41,461 bases of DNA from Clostridia bacterium. Lineage in GTDB: Bacteria > Bacillota > Clostridia > Oscillospirales > SIG627. The stretch is from assembly GCA_017558945.1 (NCBI GenBank), contig JAFYTG010000178.1, positions 1 to 41,461 of the forward strand, given 5' to 3'. The stretch's first letter is position 1; the number at the start of each line of letters is the position of its first letter. The notes under the pieces were generated by a model. The model did not search any database and was not told where the DNA came from. It saw nothing but the letters and a program-made list of their open reading frames with translations. Below are positions 13,933-23,379 of this stretch, piece by piece. The translations under genes and the position numbers were made by a program.

Positions 13933-14244
13933 TTATTCGTTTAAGGGTGCATCCTCGCCGCCCTCATAGTTTTCTTCAAGAACGGCTGTCTCGTCATCCT
14001 CTCCGTCATCCTCGGAGGGATAAGGATTTACCTCGTATTCACCTGCGTCAATTGCGTGAACCGCGGTCTTTACGGGCTTATCATCGTGTACGGGCTTCTT
14101 TGCCTTTTCGTCTCCTGCTGTAAGACGGTCCTCAAGGTTGTACTCGTCGATAATCTCACGGGCAACCTTTGCGGTTGCAATACAAATCTGGTAACGGTTA
14201 AGTCCGCCTGCGGTAAGCTTTTCAATAGAAGGCTCGTTCATCAT
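13933..14244 (-). CDS. rpoZ: DNA-directed RNA polymerase subunit omega, with a long acidic C-terminal extension
   Basis: PSIEKLTAGGLNRYQICIATAKVAREI matches the omega core. It lies directly downstream of gmk, as in many bacteria. Confidence 0.85.
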   Translation of the reverse strand: MMNEPSIEKLTAGGLNRYQICIATAKVAREIIDEYNLEDRLTAGDEKAKKPVHDDKPVKTAVHAIDAGEYEVNPYPSEDDGEDDETAVLEENYEGGEDAPLNE

Positions 14245-14261
14245 GGCTTTTTATTCCCCTT

Positions 14262-14894
14262 TCAATTATAAAATCTTTCTTTAAGCTTTTCTGAGCTGTC
14301 ACAATATATATCAAGACCTTTAAGGCTATGACCGTTTACAAGCTCGACAATTGCACTCGTTACGTCATTACTGCGATTGTCGAAGTTAATTAAAATATGC
14401 TGATAAAGTCGGGAGTATTCAAGCTCCACCTTGGCTCTTTCAAGCCTCTCGCGGATATCCTCCTCGGTGTTCGTTCCTCTTCCTCTGAGACGTGCCTCAA
14501 GGGTTTCGTAATCGGGGGGTGTTATGAACACTGAAAGAAGGTCTTTCTCGTCGAAGGTGTTCATTACCTGCTCTGCTCCGTCAACCTCAATCTCGAGAAT
14601 GACAACCTTGCCCTCCTCGATAAGACGTTCAACGGGTGCTTTGGGCGTTCCGTAATAGTTTTTGTTGAACACTGCGTGCTCTAAAAGCTCGCCGTTTTCA
14701 ATCATTTCCTCAAAACGCTCTTTTGTTACAAAAAGATAATCTCTGCCGTCAACCTCACCCGCTCTGGGCTGTCTTGTAGTTGCGGAAACAGAAAATCTGA
14801 AGGGCTCAACCTCTCCGCCCTTAAAGCCCGATAAAACGGTAGACTTACCGCTACCCGCCGAGCCTGATACTATCAGTACCTTTCCTCTATTCAT
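14262..14894 (-). CDS. gmk: guanylate kinase
   Basis: P-loop GSAGSGKST, TTRQPRAGEVDGRDYLFV and other motifs. The start is placed at ATG 14894 (MNRGKVLIV...), overlapping the remA stop by 8 nt. Confidence 0.95.
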   Translation of the reverse strand: MNRGKVLIVSGSAGSGKSTVLSGFKGGEVEPFRFSVSATTRQPRAGEVDGRDYLFVTKERFEEMIENGELLEHAVFNKNYYGTPKAPVERLIEEGKVVILEIEVDGAEQVMNTFDEKDLLSVFITPPDYETLEARLRGRGTNTEEDIRERLERAKVELEYSRLYQHILINFDNRSNDVTSAIVELVNGHSLKGLDIYCDSSEKLKERFYN

Positions 14895-15150
14895 CCTCGT
14901 CCTCCTCAATGTCGGTATCGTTCGCAATAGCGTCACGGAGCTTCTGCGGTACTATTTTCGATAAAATCACGTGGTCGGAGTCGGTTATAATTACCGACTT
15001 CGTTTTTTTACCGCCCGAAACGTCTATTACGCGTCCCTCCTCCTTTGCATCCTGCACAAGTCTTTTGACGGGTGCGGTTTCGGGAGAAACTATACATACT
15101 ATTCTGTCGCAGGAAACCATATTACCTGCACCCAACATAAGCATTTTCAT
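14887..15150 (-). CDS. remA: RemA/DUF370-family regulatory protein
   Basis: MLMLGAGNMVSCDRIVCIVSPETAPVKRLVQDAKEEGRVIDVSGGKKTKSVIITDSDHVILS is collinear with B. subtilis RemA. Confidence 0.9.
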   Translation of the reverse strand: MKMLMLGAGNMVSCDRIVCIVSPETAPVKRLVQDAKEEGRVIDVSGGKKTKSVIITDSDHVILSKIVPQKLRDAIANDTDIEEDEDE

Positions 15151-15163
15151 ACAGCTTTTTCCT

Positions 15164-16039
15164 TTACTCTATGTTCTGTATCTGCTCTCTTATCTTCTCA
15201 AGCTCACTCTTAGCCTCAACAACCAGTCTGGTAATTTCAAGCTCGGAGCATTTCGAACCCGTAGTGTTTATCTCTCGGTTTATTTCCTGAACAAGAAAAT
15301 CGAGCTTTTTGCCTATTGCTCCACGGCTCTTCATAATATCACGGAATTGTCGGAAATGGCTTGAAAGTCGGCAAAGCTCCTCATCAACCGCAACCTTGTC
15401 GGCAAATATTGCCACCTCGGTAAGAAGCCTCGACTCGTCAAGTGTCTCTCGTCCGAGAAGCTCCTCGATTCTCTCGCGGAGTCTCTTTTCGTAATTTTCA
15501 ACCGATGCGGGAGAAAGCTTTTCTATCTCGGCACGGATCTCCTCAAGTCTCGTAAGCTTTTCAGCAAGGTCAAGAGCAAGGCTTTCGCCCTCCCTCTCTC
15601 TCATTGCGTCATAATCGGCAAGCGCCTCACGGGTAACACGCATTACCCTTTCGGTAAGCTCGTCCTCATCCTCGGTTGCCGCACGAAGCTCAAGCACCTC
15701 GGGAAAACGAAGAGCACTTGAAACGCCAACGTCGTTCTTTAGTCCGAATTCCTCAACCGCATCGTTCACAGCGGCAAGGTAGCCCTTCAAAAGCTCTCGG
15801 TTCAAAACGACCTCGCCCGTATCTCCCGCAAGCTTACGCACAGTGAGATATACGTCAACCTTACCTCTGGTTATATGCTGACCTACCTCTTTTTTCACTG
15901 CATCCTCAAGGAATGCATAAGCTCTCGGAAGGCGTACGTTTACGTCGAGATATCTGTTGTTAACGCTCTTTAATTCAAAGGTATATTCGTCGTTTTCTAT
16001 CATTACTACGGCTCTGCCGTAGCCTGTCATACTTTTCAT
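15164..16039 (-). CDS. yicC: YicC/YloC-family endoribonuclease
   Basis: N-terminal MKSMTGYGRA and a conserved C-terminal region ...KLDFLVQEINREINTTGSK. Confidence 0.9.
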   Translation of the reverse strand: MKSMTGYGRAVVMIENDEYTFELKSVNNRYLDVNVRLPRAYAFLEDAVKKEVGQHITRGKVDVYLTVRKLAGDTGEVVLNRELLKGYLAAVNDAVEEFGLKNDVGVSSALRFPEVLELRAATEDEDELTERVMRVTREALADYDAMREREGESLALDLAEKLTRLEEIRAEIEKLSPASVENYEKRLRERIEELLGRETLDESRLLTEVAIFADKVAVDEELCRLSSHFRQFRDIMKSRGAIGKKLDFLVQEINREINTTGSKCSELEITRLVVEAKSELEKIREQIQNIE

Positions 16040-16614
16040 TTTATTTTTTCGGTTATCCTTTCATATTCTTCAAGGGACACAAGCATATTAAGTGCGGAAA
16101 GCAAGGCTTTACTACTCATATTTTTCGGAAGTGAAAGCTCCTCGGCAAGTCGTTCACGCCGTGCCTTAGCATCCTCCGTGCCCGAATATCCGTCCGAGTA
16201 AAACCGCTCTCGGCTTATCTGATTGGGTGGCTGATAATCGGGATTTTCAAACCTCTCAAACAGTCCTCGCAAAACCTCAGCCTCAATTCCCTCAACTCCT
16301 AAAAGCCCCTCCTTTGACGGAGCAGCCTTACGCTTTTCCTTGCCCTGAGTCGGCGGAATATAGACGTGCTCAACGTTGCCTCTCGTTATGTTATTGATAT
16401 GGTTGCGTATCATTGCACCGGCAGAATCGCTGTCGGTCACAACGATAAGCCCACGCCTTTCGGCAATAGAGCATAAGAGTCGGCGCTTTTCAAGATTGTT
16501 GAAAATACCAAAACCCTCAAGCGTGATTATTTCGGCATCAAGCAGAGCGTCAAGCTTTATCTTATCGTATCTGCCCTCGCAAACAACCGCCTGAGAAAGC
16601 TTGATTTTTTTCAT
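16036..16614 (-). CDS. Toprim-domain protein (RNase M5-like, DUF4093-type)
   Basis: VVCEGRYDKIKL (Toprim Glu) and LIVVTDSDSAGAMIRNHI (D-x-D). 4-nt ATGA-type overlaps with both neighbours. Confidence 0.75.
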   Translation of the reverse strand: MKKIKLSQAVVCEGRYDKIKLDALLDAEIITLEGFGIFNNLEKRRLLCSIAERRGLIVVTDSDSAGAMIRNHINNITRGNVEHVYIPPTQGKEKRKAAPSKEGLLGVEGIEAEVLRGLFERFENPDYQPPNQISRERFYSDGYSGTEDAKARRERLAEELSLPKNMSSKALLSALNMLVSLEEYERITEKIK

Positions 16615-17684
16615 TTACAGCCCTCCGATGTAAGCTCAACGATAAGAGTACTGACGGCAAGCCGTCTGTCCGAGCCCTCTCCCTTGAGCCTTCTGTCGCA
16701 AAGGTCACACGCATTGATGCTTTTCTGCAATCCCTTGCCCGTGCGGGAGGTAAGAAATCTGTAATACTTTTCCGCCTGCCAATCAAAAATTCCACCAACC
16801 GACAAGGCAGCCTCCTTAGCCCTGACTCCCGACTCCTTTGCAGACCAAAGCACTGCAAGAGTGGTGACCGTCTTTGCAATTGAGGCAAAAACGAGAGCGG
16901 GGTCAAAATTCTGCCCGAGAAGGTTTTCGTACACCGCAACCGCCTTTTGAGCGTTCATTGCAACAATGGCGTCGGTCAGGTCGAAAATCTCGTTTTCTGC
17001 CGACGGCTTAACCATCTCGGAAACCCACTCGCTCGGCACTTCAACAATCTTCTCGAATTTTGCCCGACAAACAAGCTTATCTGCTTCACTCTTAAGTCTC
17101 GTCATAGAATAGTCGCAAAGCTCAATCATTCGGTCAATAGCAACGCTTGTTATCTCAAGGTCCTCGCTTGTGAAAAACTTATCCACCCACGAACGAAGCT
17201 TTTCTATCTTCTGCCTTGGGAACTCAACGAGAAGCACCTCAGCTTCAACGAGGTCTCGGATTATTTTCCTTTCCCTCGTCTTTTTAACAGACAAATCGAG
17301 CTCGTTACCGTAAAAATTAAATATAAGAACGGTATCCTCCGCACGCTTTGAAACAGCCTCAAGAAGAAGCTTTTCCTCCTCTTTTTTCAGAGAAAGAATG
17401 TCAAGACCCGTAACCTCAACCAGCTTGTGAGGTGCCATAACGGGAGGAGTGTCAAGCGCATCGGCAATATCCGACAGAGTGCCGTCCCTTTCAAATTCAA
17501 CCGTTACGAGATTGAACTCTGCCATACCCTCCTCGCGTATCTTGTCCTTCAAAAGCTTGCGGTAGTGGTTTTTGAGAAATTCCTCCTCGCCGTGAAAAAG
17601 GTAAGCGCCGACAAAATCCGTATCAATTTTGGTCTTGAGCTCCTTTATTTCGTCCCTTTCAACGGGCTTGTTATAATACGCCAT
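16611..17684 (-). CDS. holA: DNA polymerase III subunit delta
   Basis: 357 aa. YLFHGEEEFLKNHY near the N-terminus, with typical length and domain layout. Confidence 0.85.
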   Translation of the reverse strand: MAYYNKPVERDEIKELKTKIDTDFVGAYLFHGEEEFLKNHYRKLLKDKIREEGMAEFNLVTVEFERDGTLSDIADALDTPPVMAPHKLVEVTGLDILSLKKEEEKLLLEAVSKRAEDTVLIFNFYGNELDLSVKKTRERKIIRDLVEAEVLLVEFPRQKIEKLRSWVDKFFTSEDLEITSVAIDRMIELCDYSMTRLKSEADKLVCRAKFEKIVEVPSEWVSEMVKPSAENEIFDLTDAIVAMNAQKAVAVYENLLGQNFDPALVFASIAKTVTTLAVLWSAKESGVRAKEAALSVGGIFDWQAEKYYRFLTSRTGKGLQKSINACDLCDRRLKGEGSDRRLAVSTLIVELTSEGCK

Positions 17685-17687
17685 CTA

Positions 17688-18023
17688 TTATGCCATCAAG
17701 CCCGACATAGCGCGACCGCCCATTATGTGAAAATGCAAATGGTGTACGGTCTGGCAAGCATCAGGTCCGCAGTTGGAAACGAGACGGTAGCTGTCAAGTC
17801 CCTCTGCCTTGGCAATTTCGGGAATCTTTTCAAATATTGCGCGGATAACCTCAGAATTTTCCGCGTTTACTCCGTTCAGGGAGTCTATGTGAAGCTTGGG
17901 AATTACGAGAACGTGAACGGGTGCCTGTGGATTGATATCACGGAATGCATACATTACGTCGTCCTCATATACCTTGGTCGAAGGGATAGTGCCCTCAATT
18001 ATTTTACAAAACAAGCAATCCAT
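17688..18023 (-). CDS. HIT-family (histidine triad) nucleotide hydrolase
   Basis: CLFCKII... at the N-terminus and the histidine triad HHLHFHIMGG. Confidence 0.92.
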   Translation of the reverse strand: MDCLFCKIIEGTIPSTKVYEDDVMYAFRDINPQAPVHVLVIPKLHIDSLNGVNAENSEVIRAIFEKIPEIAKAEGLDSYRLVSNCGPDACQTVHHLHFHIMGGRAMSGLMA

Positions 18024-18046
18024 AAATTAATTCCTTTCGCTTATAT

Positions 18047-20665
18047 TTATTTTCCGTAGCGTGCAAAGAACGCAGCCTTTGCCTCGGGAAGCTTTTCGGG
18101 AAGCTTACCGCCCGATGCGGCACTGTCGGGACGTCCGCCACCGCCGCCACCTACGATGGGAGAAATTTCCTTAAGAGTGTTACCTGCGTGCGCACCGAGT
18201 GCAACCGCCTCTTTACCGCAGAATGCCGCAAAGAGTACCTTGCCGTCAACCACGCTGTAAACCACACCTGCAAGACTCGGATACTTATCACGGAGTCTGT
18301 CACTCTCCGAGCGAAGAGTCTGTGCATCCGCGCCCGCTATCTCACCGAAGAGAAGCTTAAGCTCTCCTGCCTCAACGATGGATGCCTCAAGTGCTTCAAC
18401 CGCACGGGAAGCCTCCTTCGCCTGCATTTCGCGAAGCTTCTGAGCTGTTTCCTTAACCTCACGGGTCATAGCGTTTATTCTTTCAACGAGCATTGCACCG
18501 CTCTGTGCCTTTGCGGCGGAAACGGCATCTGCAAGGAGCTCCTCCTTCTCTGCGAGAAGCTCTAAAACTCCCATACCCGTAGTACCCTCAATTCGTCTTA
18601 CACCTGCGGCAACGCCTGCCTCGGAGATAAGCTTGAAAAGTCCTATCTGCGCGGTATTTCCAACGTGAGTACCTCCGCAAAGCTCAACCGATGCATCACC
18701 CATTCTTACCATACGGACAACGCTTCCGTACTTTTCACCGAAGAGTGCGGTAGCGCCCATAGACTTTGCGGTCTCGGGGTCGGTTTCAATAGTCTCGACG
18801 TTATACGCCGACATAATATATTCATTCACAAGCGCCTCTACTCTCGCAAGCTCCTCGGGAGTCGTTGCGGCAAAGTGCTTGAAGTCAAATCTTACGCGGT
18901 GCTCGTCAACGAGTGAGCCTGCCTGCTCAACGTGGTCACCGAGTACGTGACGGAGAGCCGACTGTAAAAGATGTGCAGAGGAGTGGTTACGGGCAATAGC
19001 CTGACGGCGCGCCTTATCGGGACAGGTCTTGACGGTGTCGCCAACCTTAACCTCGCACGAAGCCTCGCACTCATGAAGGAATATGCCCTCACGCTTGGTT
19101 GTTGTAACAACCTTTATATCACCCTTATCGGTAACAATAACACCCTCGTCACCTACCTGACCGCCGCTTTCTCCGTAGAAGGCAGTCTTGTCAAGCACGA
19201 TAACCGCATCGCCCTCGCTGACCGACTCAACCTTTTCACCGTCAACGATAATAGCGATGACCTTTGCCTCGGTCTCAAGAGCGGTGTAGCCGACAAACTC
19301 GGTCGCAGGAGTACCCTCAAGCACGTTGACCGAGGTGCTGTCCCATCCGCCGCCTGCCTTACGTCTCTCTCTTGCTCTCTGCTTCTGCTCAAGCATAAGT
19401 GCGTCGAAGGCATCGGTATCAACCTCAAGACCTGCTTCAAGAGCAATCTCCTTGGTTATATCGAGCGGGAAGCCGAAGGTATCGTAAAGCTTGAACGCAT
19501 CCTCACCCGAAAGAAGCTTCGCACCGTCTTTTTTAGCCTTCTCGGTCATCTCGGCAAGCTTTTCAAGACCTGCGTCGATGGTAGCGGCAAAGCGCTCCTC
19601 CTCAAGTGAAAGTATCTTTTTAACGTAATCAGCCTTTTCAAAAAGCTCGGGATATGCATTCTTGTTACAATCAATTACAACGTCGCAAAGACCTGCAAGG
19701 AATGCCCCCTCAATTCCGATAAGTCTTGCGTGACGGCAAGCACGTCTGATAAGACGGCGAAGCACGTAGCCTCTGCCCTCGTTTGAAGGCATAACTCCGT
19801 CGGCAATCATAAAGGACGAAGAACGGATGTGGTCGGTGATAATACGAATGGAAACGTCATTCTCATACTTGTCACCGTAGTTCTTGCCCGAAAGTGAGCA
19901 AACGGTATCGAGAATACGGCGCACGGTGTCAACCTCAAAGAGATTGTCAACGCCCTGCATTACGCAGGCAAGACGCTCAAGTCCCATGCCCGTATCAATA
20001 TTCTTCTGTGCAAGCTCGGTATAGTTACCCTTACCGTCGTTGTCAAACTGGGAGAATACGTTGTTCCATATCTCCATATATCTGTCACAGTCACAACCGG
20101 GACGGCAATCGGGAGAGCCACAGCCGTACTTTTCTCCACGGTCGAAGTATATCTCGGAGCAGGGTCCGCAGGGTCCGCTTCCGTGCTCCCAGAAATTATC
20201 TGCCTTGCCCATCTTAACAACACGCTCGGCAGGTACGCCAACCTCTTTTATCCAGATATCGTACGCCTCGTCATCCTGCTCGTATACGCTCGGCCAAAGA
20301 AGGTCCGCGGGAATCTCGAGAGTTACTGTGAGAAATTCCCACGCCCAGAAAATTGCCTCTCTCTTGAAATAATCTCCAAAGGAGAAGTTGCCAAGCATTT
20401 CAAAATAAGTACCGTGACGCGCGGTCTTGCCTACGTTGTCAAGGTCGGGTGTTCTGATACACTTCTGGCAGGTAGTAACTCTGTTACGGGGAGGCTCCTT
20501 CGTGCCTTTAAAGTAGGGCTTGAGAGGTGCCATACCTGAATTTATAAGAAGCAAGGAGTTGTCATTCTGAGGAATCAGCGAAAAGCTGGGAAGACGAAGA
20601 TGTCCCTTTCCTTCAAAGTATGACAAGTATTTTTCACGAAGCTCGTTAAGTCCTGTCCATTTCAT
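18047..20665 (-). CDS. alaS: alanine--tRNA ligase
   Basis: Typical AlaRS sequence throughout (e.g. FEMLGNFSFGDYFK, the editing-domain HSSAHLL motif, C-terminal GGGGGRPD). The start is placed at ATG 20665 (MKWTGLNELREKYL...), with GAAAGGAAA upstream. Confidence 0.97.
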   Translation of the reverse strand: MKWTGLNELREKYLSYFEGKGHLRLPSFSLIPQNDNSLLLINSGMAPLKPYFKGTKEPPRNRVTTCQKCIRTPDLDNVGKTARHGTYFEMLGNFSFGDYFKREAIFWAWEFLTVTLEIPADLLWPSVYEQDDEAYDIWIKEVGVPAERVVKMGKADNFWEHGSGPCGPCSEIYFDRGEKYGCGSPDCRPGCDCDRYMEIWNNVFSQFDNDGKGNYTELAQKNIDTGMGLERLACVMQGVDNLFEVDTVRRILDTVCSLSGKNYGDKYENDVSIRIITDHIRSSSFMIADGVMPSNEGRGYVLRRLIRRACRHARLIGIEGAFLAGLCDVVIDCNKNAYPELFEKADYVKKILSLEEERFAATIDAGLEKLAEMTEKAKKDGAKLLSGEDAFKLYDTFGFPLDITKEIALEAGLEVDTDAFDALMLEQKQRARERRKAGGGWDSTSVNVLEGTPATEFVGYTALETEAKVIAIIVDGEKVESVSEGDAVIVLDKTAFYGESGGQVGDEGVIVTDKGDIKVVTTTKREGIFLHECEASCEVKVGDTVKTCPDKARRQAIARNHSSAHLLQSALRHVLGDHVEQAGSLVDEHRVRFDFKHFAATTPEELARVEALVNEYIMSAYNVETIETDPETAKSMGATALFGEKYGSVVRMVRMGDASVELCGGTHVGNTAQIGLFKLISEAGVAAGVRRIEGTTGMGVLELLAEKEELLADAVSAAKAQSGAMLVERINAMTREVKETAQKLREMQAKEASRAVEALEASIVEAGELKLLFGEIAGADAQTLRSESDRLRDKYPSLAGVVYSVVDGKVLFAAFCGKEAVALGAHAGNTLKEISPIVGGGGGGRPDSAASGGKLPEKLPEAKAAFFARYGK

Positions 20666-20804
20666 AATATATTTCCTTTCATTGCATTTGCACAATCGTT
20701 TTACAAAGCATTTTACTCTATTTTACATTATACCCATATCCGTACGCTCCGTCAAGAAAACGGGCAAAATTACCTTAAAATTTTTATACTTTCTTTATAC
20801 CAAG

Positions 20805-20845
20805 CCAAAAAATAACTGCCTCCGTGACGGAAGCAGTTATTTTTA
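20805..20845 (-). terminator. rho-independent terminator of pgsA
   Basis: On the minus strand: ATAACTGCTTCCG-tca-CGGAGGCAGTTAT followed by TTTTTT. Confidence 0.7.
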
Positions 20846-20850
20846 AGCAA

Positions 20851-21423
20851 TTATTTCTGTGGGTCAATGTATTTCCAATAAGCCTTGAAATATTCAAGTC
20901 CCGACCAAAGAGTAAGAAACGCTGTTACAGCCATACCTATATAGGACAGTATCCACATATCCCAGATGATTCCCTCAAGAAGAAATACGCAGATAGAAAT
21001 GGACTGTGCCATAGTCTTACACTTACCGAGCCAGCTTGCAGGAACTACGACTCCGCTGTTTGCAACGACGAGTCTTATGGAGGTAATACCAAGCTCACGG
21101 AATATAACTATAACGGTAACCCATACCATAAATGGTCTGAGTACCTCGTTTGCAACCGTGATACAAATAAGTGTTCCGATAACCATAAACTTGTCGGCAA
21201 CGGGGTCCATAAACTTACCAAAATCGGTAATGAGATTATATTTGCGTGCAATCTTTCCGTCGATGAAATCCGTAACTGCCGTAAGAATGAAAAGCAGTGT
21301 GCATACGATTGACTGAATGACGGGATTGTATCCGCTGAGTGCGGGATACATAATAAACACCATAACGACGGGTACAAGGCAAAGCCTTAAAACCGTCAGC
21401 TTATTGGGTAAATTTAATTTCAT
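20851..21423 (-). CDS. pgsA: CDP-diacylglycerol--glycerol-3-phosphate 3-phosphatidyltransferase
   Basis: CDP-alcohol phosphatidyltransferase motif DFIDGKIARKYNLITDFGKFMDPVADK. Multi-TM protein of 190 aa. Confidence 0.92.
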   Translation of the reverse strand: MKLNLPNKLTVLRLCLVPVVMVFIMYPALSGYNPVIQSIVCTLLFILTAVTDFIDGKIARKYNLITDFGKFMDPVADKFMVIGTLICITVANEVLRPFMVWVTVIVIFRELGITSIRLVVANSGVVVPASWLGKCKTMAQSISICVFLLEGIIWDMWILSYIGMAVTAFLTLWSGLEYFKAYWKYIDPQK

Positions 21424-21449
21424 TTTCTCATTTCTCCTTGAAATTACTC

Positions 21450-22781
21450 TTATACCTCTTTACCGATAAGGTCATAATCGGAAACCTCGGTAATTTTTAC
21501 GTTTACAAACTCTCCGTCACGAACTCTGTGACGGGCTGAAAAATAAATTTTCGAGTCTATTTCGGGGGCGTCTGCCTCACTTCTGCCGTAATAAATCTCG
21601 GCAACCTTATCATACCCCTCGCAAAGAACCTTTACGGTCTTATTGAGAAGCGCCTCGTTTTTCTCGGCGTGTACGATATACTGCGCCTCCATTATACGCT
21701 CACAGCGGGACTCCTTGAGCTTTTTGGAAACCTGCTTGGGCATTGAATATGCAGGAGTGTTTTCCTCTCTTGAATAAGCGAACGCACCGAGTCTGTCAAA
21801 CTTCGTTTCCTTAACGAAGGTGAGAAGCTCGTCAAACTCCGCCGCCGTCTCTCCGGGGAAGCCCGTGATTACGGTGGTGCGCAGAGTGATGTCGGGCATT
21901 GCCTCGCGAAGTCTGTTCACAGCAGACACTATTGTCTCACGTCCTCCGCGTCTGTTCATACGCTTCAAAACGTCCTCGTTGATATGCTGAATGGGCATAT
22001 CTATGTATTTCGCAATACAATCGTACTTTTTCATAACCGCTACGAGAGAGTCGGTTATCTTATCGGGATAGCAATAGAGAAGTCTTATCCACTCAAAGCC
22101 ACACTCCTTGTCGGTGGCAAGAGCCTCAAGAAGCTTATCGAGACTGTATTCCCCGTAAATATCCTCACCCCAACGAGTCGTATCCTGAGCAACGAGGCAA
22201 AGCTCACGCACGCCCATTGAGTAAAGCTCACGCGCCTCCGCCATAATATCGTCAAGCGCTCTCGAGCGGAAAGCGCCTCTTATATCGGGAATTGCACAGT
22301 AAGCGCAACGGTTGTCACAGCCCTCTGCAATTTTAAGATATGCGGTATAATCGGGAGTGGTGACCACCCTCTCACCGCCGAGAGCAAGACACTCGGTAGG
22401 CTTGATGTTTTTATATCTTTCGCCATCGGAAACCTTTTTTACCGCCTCAACGATATCTCCCTCGGCACCTGCCGAAACGATACCGTCTGCCTCGGGAAGT
22501 GACTTTTCAATCTCTTCGGCATAACGGGTTGCAAGGCATCCCGTAACAACTATTCCCTTCAGGTTGTGATGCTCCTTAAGATATGCAAGATCTAAAATAT
22601 AGTCGATAGACTCCTGCTTCGCGCTTTCTATAAACGCACAGGTGTTGACTATCATTACGTCAGCCATATGATCCTCGGGAACTATCTCGAAGCCTGCATC
22701 TATGAGTTTTTTTAACATCACCTCGGTATCGCAAGTGTTTTTGGGACATCCGAGTGATACGAATCCAACCTTTGTTGCCAT
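21450..22781 (-). CDS. rimO: ribosomal protein S12 methylthiotransferase RimO (radical SAM MTTase)
   Basis: N-terminal KVGFVSLGCPKN, radical SAM CDNRCAYC and a C-terminal TRAM-like region. The start is ATG 22781 (GGAGA 5 nt upstream) or, alternatively, ATG 22793. Confidence 0.9.
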   Translation of the reverse strand: MATKVGFVSLGCPKNTCDTEVMLKKLIDAGFEIVPEDHMADVMIVNTCAFIESAKQESIDYILDLAYLKEHHNLKGIVVTGCLATRYAEEIEKSLPEADGIVSAGAEGDIVEAVKKVSDGERYKNIKPTECLALGGERVVTTPDYTAYLKIAEGCDNRCAYCAIPDIRGAFRSRALDDIMAEARELYSMGVRELCLVAQDTTRWGEDIYGEYSLDKLLEALATDKECGFEWIRLLYCYPDKITDSLVAVMKKYDCIAKYIDMPIQHINEDVLKRMNRRGGRETIVSAVNRLREAMPDITLRTTVITGFPGETAAEFDELLTFVKETKFDRLGAFAYSREENTPAYSMPKQVSKKLKESRCERIMEAQYIVHAEKNEALLNKTVKVLCEGYDKVAEIYYGRSEADAPEIDSKIYFSARHRVRDGEFVNVKITEVSDYDLIGKEV

Positions 22782-22782
22782 A

Positions 22783-23376
22783 TTATTCTCCATCCAATAC
22801 GCTTGAAATTACAGACGTGGAAAAGCCTCTTGCCTGAAGCTTACGGAAAAGCAGTGCACGCTCCTCATCGGGATGCTCGTCGCAAAAAGCTCTTGCAAGC
22901 TCCTCCCAATCGGGAGACGCCTTATAAAGAGCCTCGTCGATATCCTCGCTACGAAAGCCTCTCTCTCGCATTGCAGAGCGTATCTTATACTCTCCCCAAA
23001 GCTTTGAACAAGCGTTTTCAACGAAGCGCGCCGCATAAGACTTATCGTTGATAAATCCTGCACGCTCAAGCCTGTCTACGATATACTCAACCTCGATTCT
23101 ATCGGGATAAATATCAAACATTTTTTCTCTCGTTATTCTGCGAACGAGAGCGTTTCTCGTGATATTGCCTGCGGAAATCTTTTTAACCGCGCTCTTCTTT
23201 ATCTGTCGTCGTATTGCCAACTGAACAAGCTCCTCCGAGTTGCGTATCTCGTCTCCGGGCATAAGGCTTGAAAACAGTTTTTCATAGTCCTTTTCCCAGA
23301 TGGGATACTCTCCCTCGTCGGTAACGATGGCAACATCCTTAGTGAACTCTTTTCTGTATGCCTTCTTGAATCTCAA
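22783..23376 (-). CDS. recX: RecA regulator RecX
   Basis: It lies immediately (3 nt) downstream of recA. Helical-repeat sequence includes IVDRLERAGFINDKSYAARFVEN. Confidence 0.75.
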   Translation of the reverse strand: MRFKKAYRKEFTKDVAIVTDEGEYPIWEKDYEKLFSSLMPGDEIRNSEELVQLAIRRQIKKSAVKKISAGNITRNALVRRITREKMFDIYPDRIEVEYIVDRLERAGFINDKSYAARFVENACSKLWGEYKIRSAMRERGFRSEDIDEALYKASPDWEELARAFCDEHPDEERALLFRKLQARGFSTSVISSVLDGE

Positions 23377-23379
23377 TTT

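Noticed and set aside
16562-16939. Arg/Leu/Ser-rich 125-aa ORF spanning the holA/Toprim junction
   Set aside because: It is an alternative frame on the coding (minus) strand, overlapping holA and the Toprim gene. Its composition is typical of off-frame translation of GC-rich coding DNA, and it has no independent start signals.
20666-20804. Possible T-box or other leader upstream of alaS
   Set aside because: No T-box sequence is seen on the minus strand. The only strong hairpin (20805..20845) is oriented and positioned as the pgsA terminator.
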